Shown one piece after another: positions 61,658 to 64,000 of a stretch of DNA of 64,000 nucleotides. Numbering within the stretch: position 1 is the stretch's first letter; every line of letters begins with the position of its first letter. The position numbers were made by a program, and so were the translations under genes. The notes below the pieces were generated by a model, which worked only from the letters and a program-made list of their open reading frames with translations, ran no database searches and was not told the origin of the DNA. The stretch is from Vitrella brassicaformis CCMP3155 (lineage: Eukaryota > Protista > Chromerida): NCBI GenBank assembly GCA_001179505.1, contig CDMY01000831.1, positions 62,001 through 126,000 of the forward strand, given 5' to 3'.

Positions 61658-64000
61658 ATGAATCTGGATGACAAAGTGGTGTATGCCGCCCAGCGCCCAG
61701 GTGCTCCAGGGCCGTCGCATCTTCCCAGCAACCCCTCCTCTCCCCTCTGCGGCCCCTCGACGCACTTCCAGGAGGCGGCACTCACCATCTCTCTTGTCCA
61801 GCAAATCGCAGAGAGCGCCGCTTCTCCCGATCTCGACACACCAGCCCCCGAATGGCTGCCACGAGCATGTGAGCGCGTGACGGACATCCTAGCTCGTTAC
61901 CAGGAGTCCCCTGCGCTGCTCGATGCGCACTGGAGTGCACTGCTGCCCCCGCTGATCGAGCCCTTGTCGCAGTGGGTGGTGAGGGCGCAAGGATGGCAGG
62001 CCGGAGAAAGGATACGCCTGATTGGGTCTGTGCTTTACACGTGTTCGGTGGTGCGTGGGCACAAGACGATTGTGCCTTTCTACCCTTCTGAGAGGCACTA
62101 CCTCGAGCCGCTGGTGGCACTGCTGGAGGGGGCAGCTGCCAAGAGAGGGCAAGACGATGCTCAGAACGATACGTGTATGTAAGCCGAACACAGACACAGC
62201 GGGAGAAGAGAGGGAGAGCAGTCGTCACACCGAAAAACGGCAATGGATAAGACAAGCATATGTGTGTGTGTGCGTGTGTGTGCGTGTGTGCAGGGCGTTT
62301 GGAGTATGTGTTGCTTCTGTGGCTGTCGCTGCTGGCACTGCTGCCTTTTCAGCTCACAGATAGCATTGCCGACACCAGCCAAGGTGGGTCGAGGAGGGAC
62401 AGTCGGGATGGATAAGGGTGAACTCACTATAGCAAACGCTGACTGATCGTGTGTGCATATCAGGATCGCACATGCTTCAGCGGCTGGTGCAGGTGACGCA
62501 ACAATATCTCAGGTGTGCACACATCCACGAGTGACCCGCCACCCATGTACCCTATTGCCCTTGTCTCTGGACGTCAGCTCCCCTAGTCGAGTCCGCGAGG
62601 CTGCGTCCGTCCTCCTGTCGAAAGTCTTCTCGCGACCCGACACACTGCCGTCCCCCGCCACACAGCCGGGAGGTGCCTCCCAGTGCCTGTTTGCGTCATT
62701 TGTACAGTGGGCGCACGACAGGGCCACCCGGCGGCAGGCAATAAACGGCGAGGCGGCAGGCCCATGTTTGTCGGAATGGAACCACATGTCGATCATTGGA
62801 GGTGAGGGTGTGTGGGTGGGCTGGGCTGCACACCTTCTACCTAAAGTCGTTTCGAACTTGTTGTTGTGGCTGGGCGGCTGTATGTGGCTGCATGCAGTGC
62901 TGCAGGCGTTGAATGAGACGTTGAAGCGCACCATTGTTGCGGCGCTATCTCCCCTTGTACCGGCTCTCTACGGTGAGAAGGCCGCTCAGCGAGTGGACCG
63001 GCATCTTGTCAGTCGACCGATCGTGTGTGTGCAGGGTTGGTAGTCGTTGAGTGCGGCAAGATGTCCAACCCACCCTCACTCATCAGGTAAGCATCAGGCA
63101 GGGTAGAACAGCCGGCCACACAGCAGCACAAAGCACCATTCCTCTGCTTCCTGCCATCCATCCCTCCATCCATCCATCCATCGATTGATTGCAGAAAGTA
63201 TCGCTTGAGCTGCAGCTGCCGCATCGGCCTGGTCATCCTGCCACAGCGCATGGCGCCCTGGAGGTACCAGCACCACCCAACCCGGCTGCTGCCCAACGTC
63301 ACGGCCAACAGGCAGCCACATGATGGCGGAACCGCAGATGGGCGGCAGGGCGGCAGTGTAGCAACCACAGCAGTAGCAGTAGGAGCAGAAGAGGAGAGTG
63401 CTGACGAGAGTGAGCACGAGGGCTTGCTCGAGGACATATTCGACATCGTGCTGCAGGGGCTGCAAGACTCGGTACAGCCAGACAAGAGCCACTCACTCAC
63501 GACCAGGCAGGCATTCATGTATCTCTCCCTCTCTCCCTCTCTCCCTCCACCCTTTCAGGACACGATTGTTCGCTGGGCGGCAGCCAAGGCCGTCGGCCGC
63601 CTGTGCATGCAGCTGACGCAGTCCAGGGCGGAGCAGGTGATCGACTGGGTGTTGGAGGGATTCGGCTCGCCTCCGATCGGCAGCACCGGCAGTGAGGGAT
63701 GGCACTATGGGGCCCGCTCAACTGCGGGCGGTGCACCGGCGGCGTCTACATTGGGCCGGACGGGCCACGGGGCCTGCCTGGCCATCGCTGAGCTGCTGAG
63801 ACGAGGTGAGCCGACCGAGAGGGAGGATGTGCGTGTGTGAGAGCACAGACACATCTGTTTTTTGCTGTATTGGTTATAGGTTTGCTGGTTCCGTGCCGTT
63901 TGCCGACGCTGGTGCCCTTCATCACTCAGGTGTGTTTGTACAAGGAGCTGCACTAATGCACTGCTCAGCCAAGCGCCTGTGGCTGCCTGGATCGCATCAG
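61658..64000 (+). CDS. TBCD: Tubulin-specific chaperone D (partial, runs off the window end)
   Basis: ILARYQESPALLDAHW, VVRGHKTIVPFYP..YLEPL, EYVLLLWLSLL, VREAASVLLSKVFSRPD, RIGLVILPQR..WRY, DTIVRWAAAKAVGRL and HGACLAIAELLRRG are conserved TBCD blocks. Confidence 0.93.

Overview
This is gene-dense, GC-rich, intron-rich eukaryotic nuclear DNA. Short GT-AG introns full of CA/TG, CAGA and TGGA microsatellites, plus signal+transit-peptide plastid-targeted proteins, fit a chromerid alveolate such as Vitrella brassicaformis (inference, not a database match). About 20 protein-coding loci were assembled by eye from exon fragments. Recognisable genes are RPS16, RPL13, an EGLN/PHD-like 2OG-Fe(II) oxygenase, RRP45, RBX1, USP14/UBP6, a kinesin, a CDK-like kinase, a GT10 fucosyltransferase, plastid-type NFU, AP-3 beta and TBCD (truncated by the window end). 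There are also an otubain fused to three RING-like fingers, an internally duplicated ankyrin-RING protein, a helical-repeat organellar protein, several hypotheticals and a probable pseudogene. I found no tRNA, rRNA, CRISPR array or intact transposon; there is one 300-N gap. The most interesting signals are: (1) nearly all genes sit in head-to-head pairs whose short intergenic gaps repeatedly carry the 8-mer TGCGAGCT/AGCTCGCA; (2) introns show a 5' CA-rich / 3' TG-rich self-complementary polarity; (3) the OTU plus triple-RING protein is a candidate ubiquitin-editing enzyme; (4) apparent frameshifts occur inside otherwise intact genes. Exon boundaries are manual and approximate.
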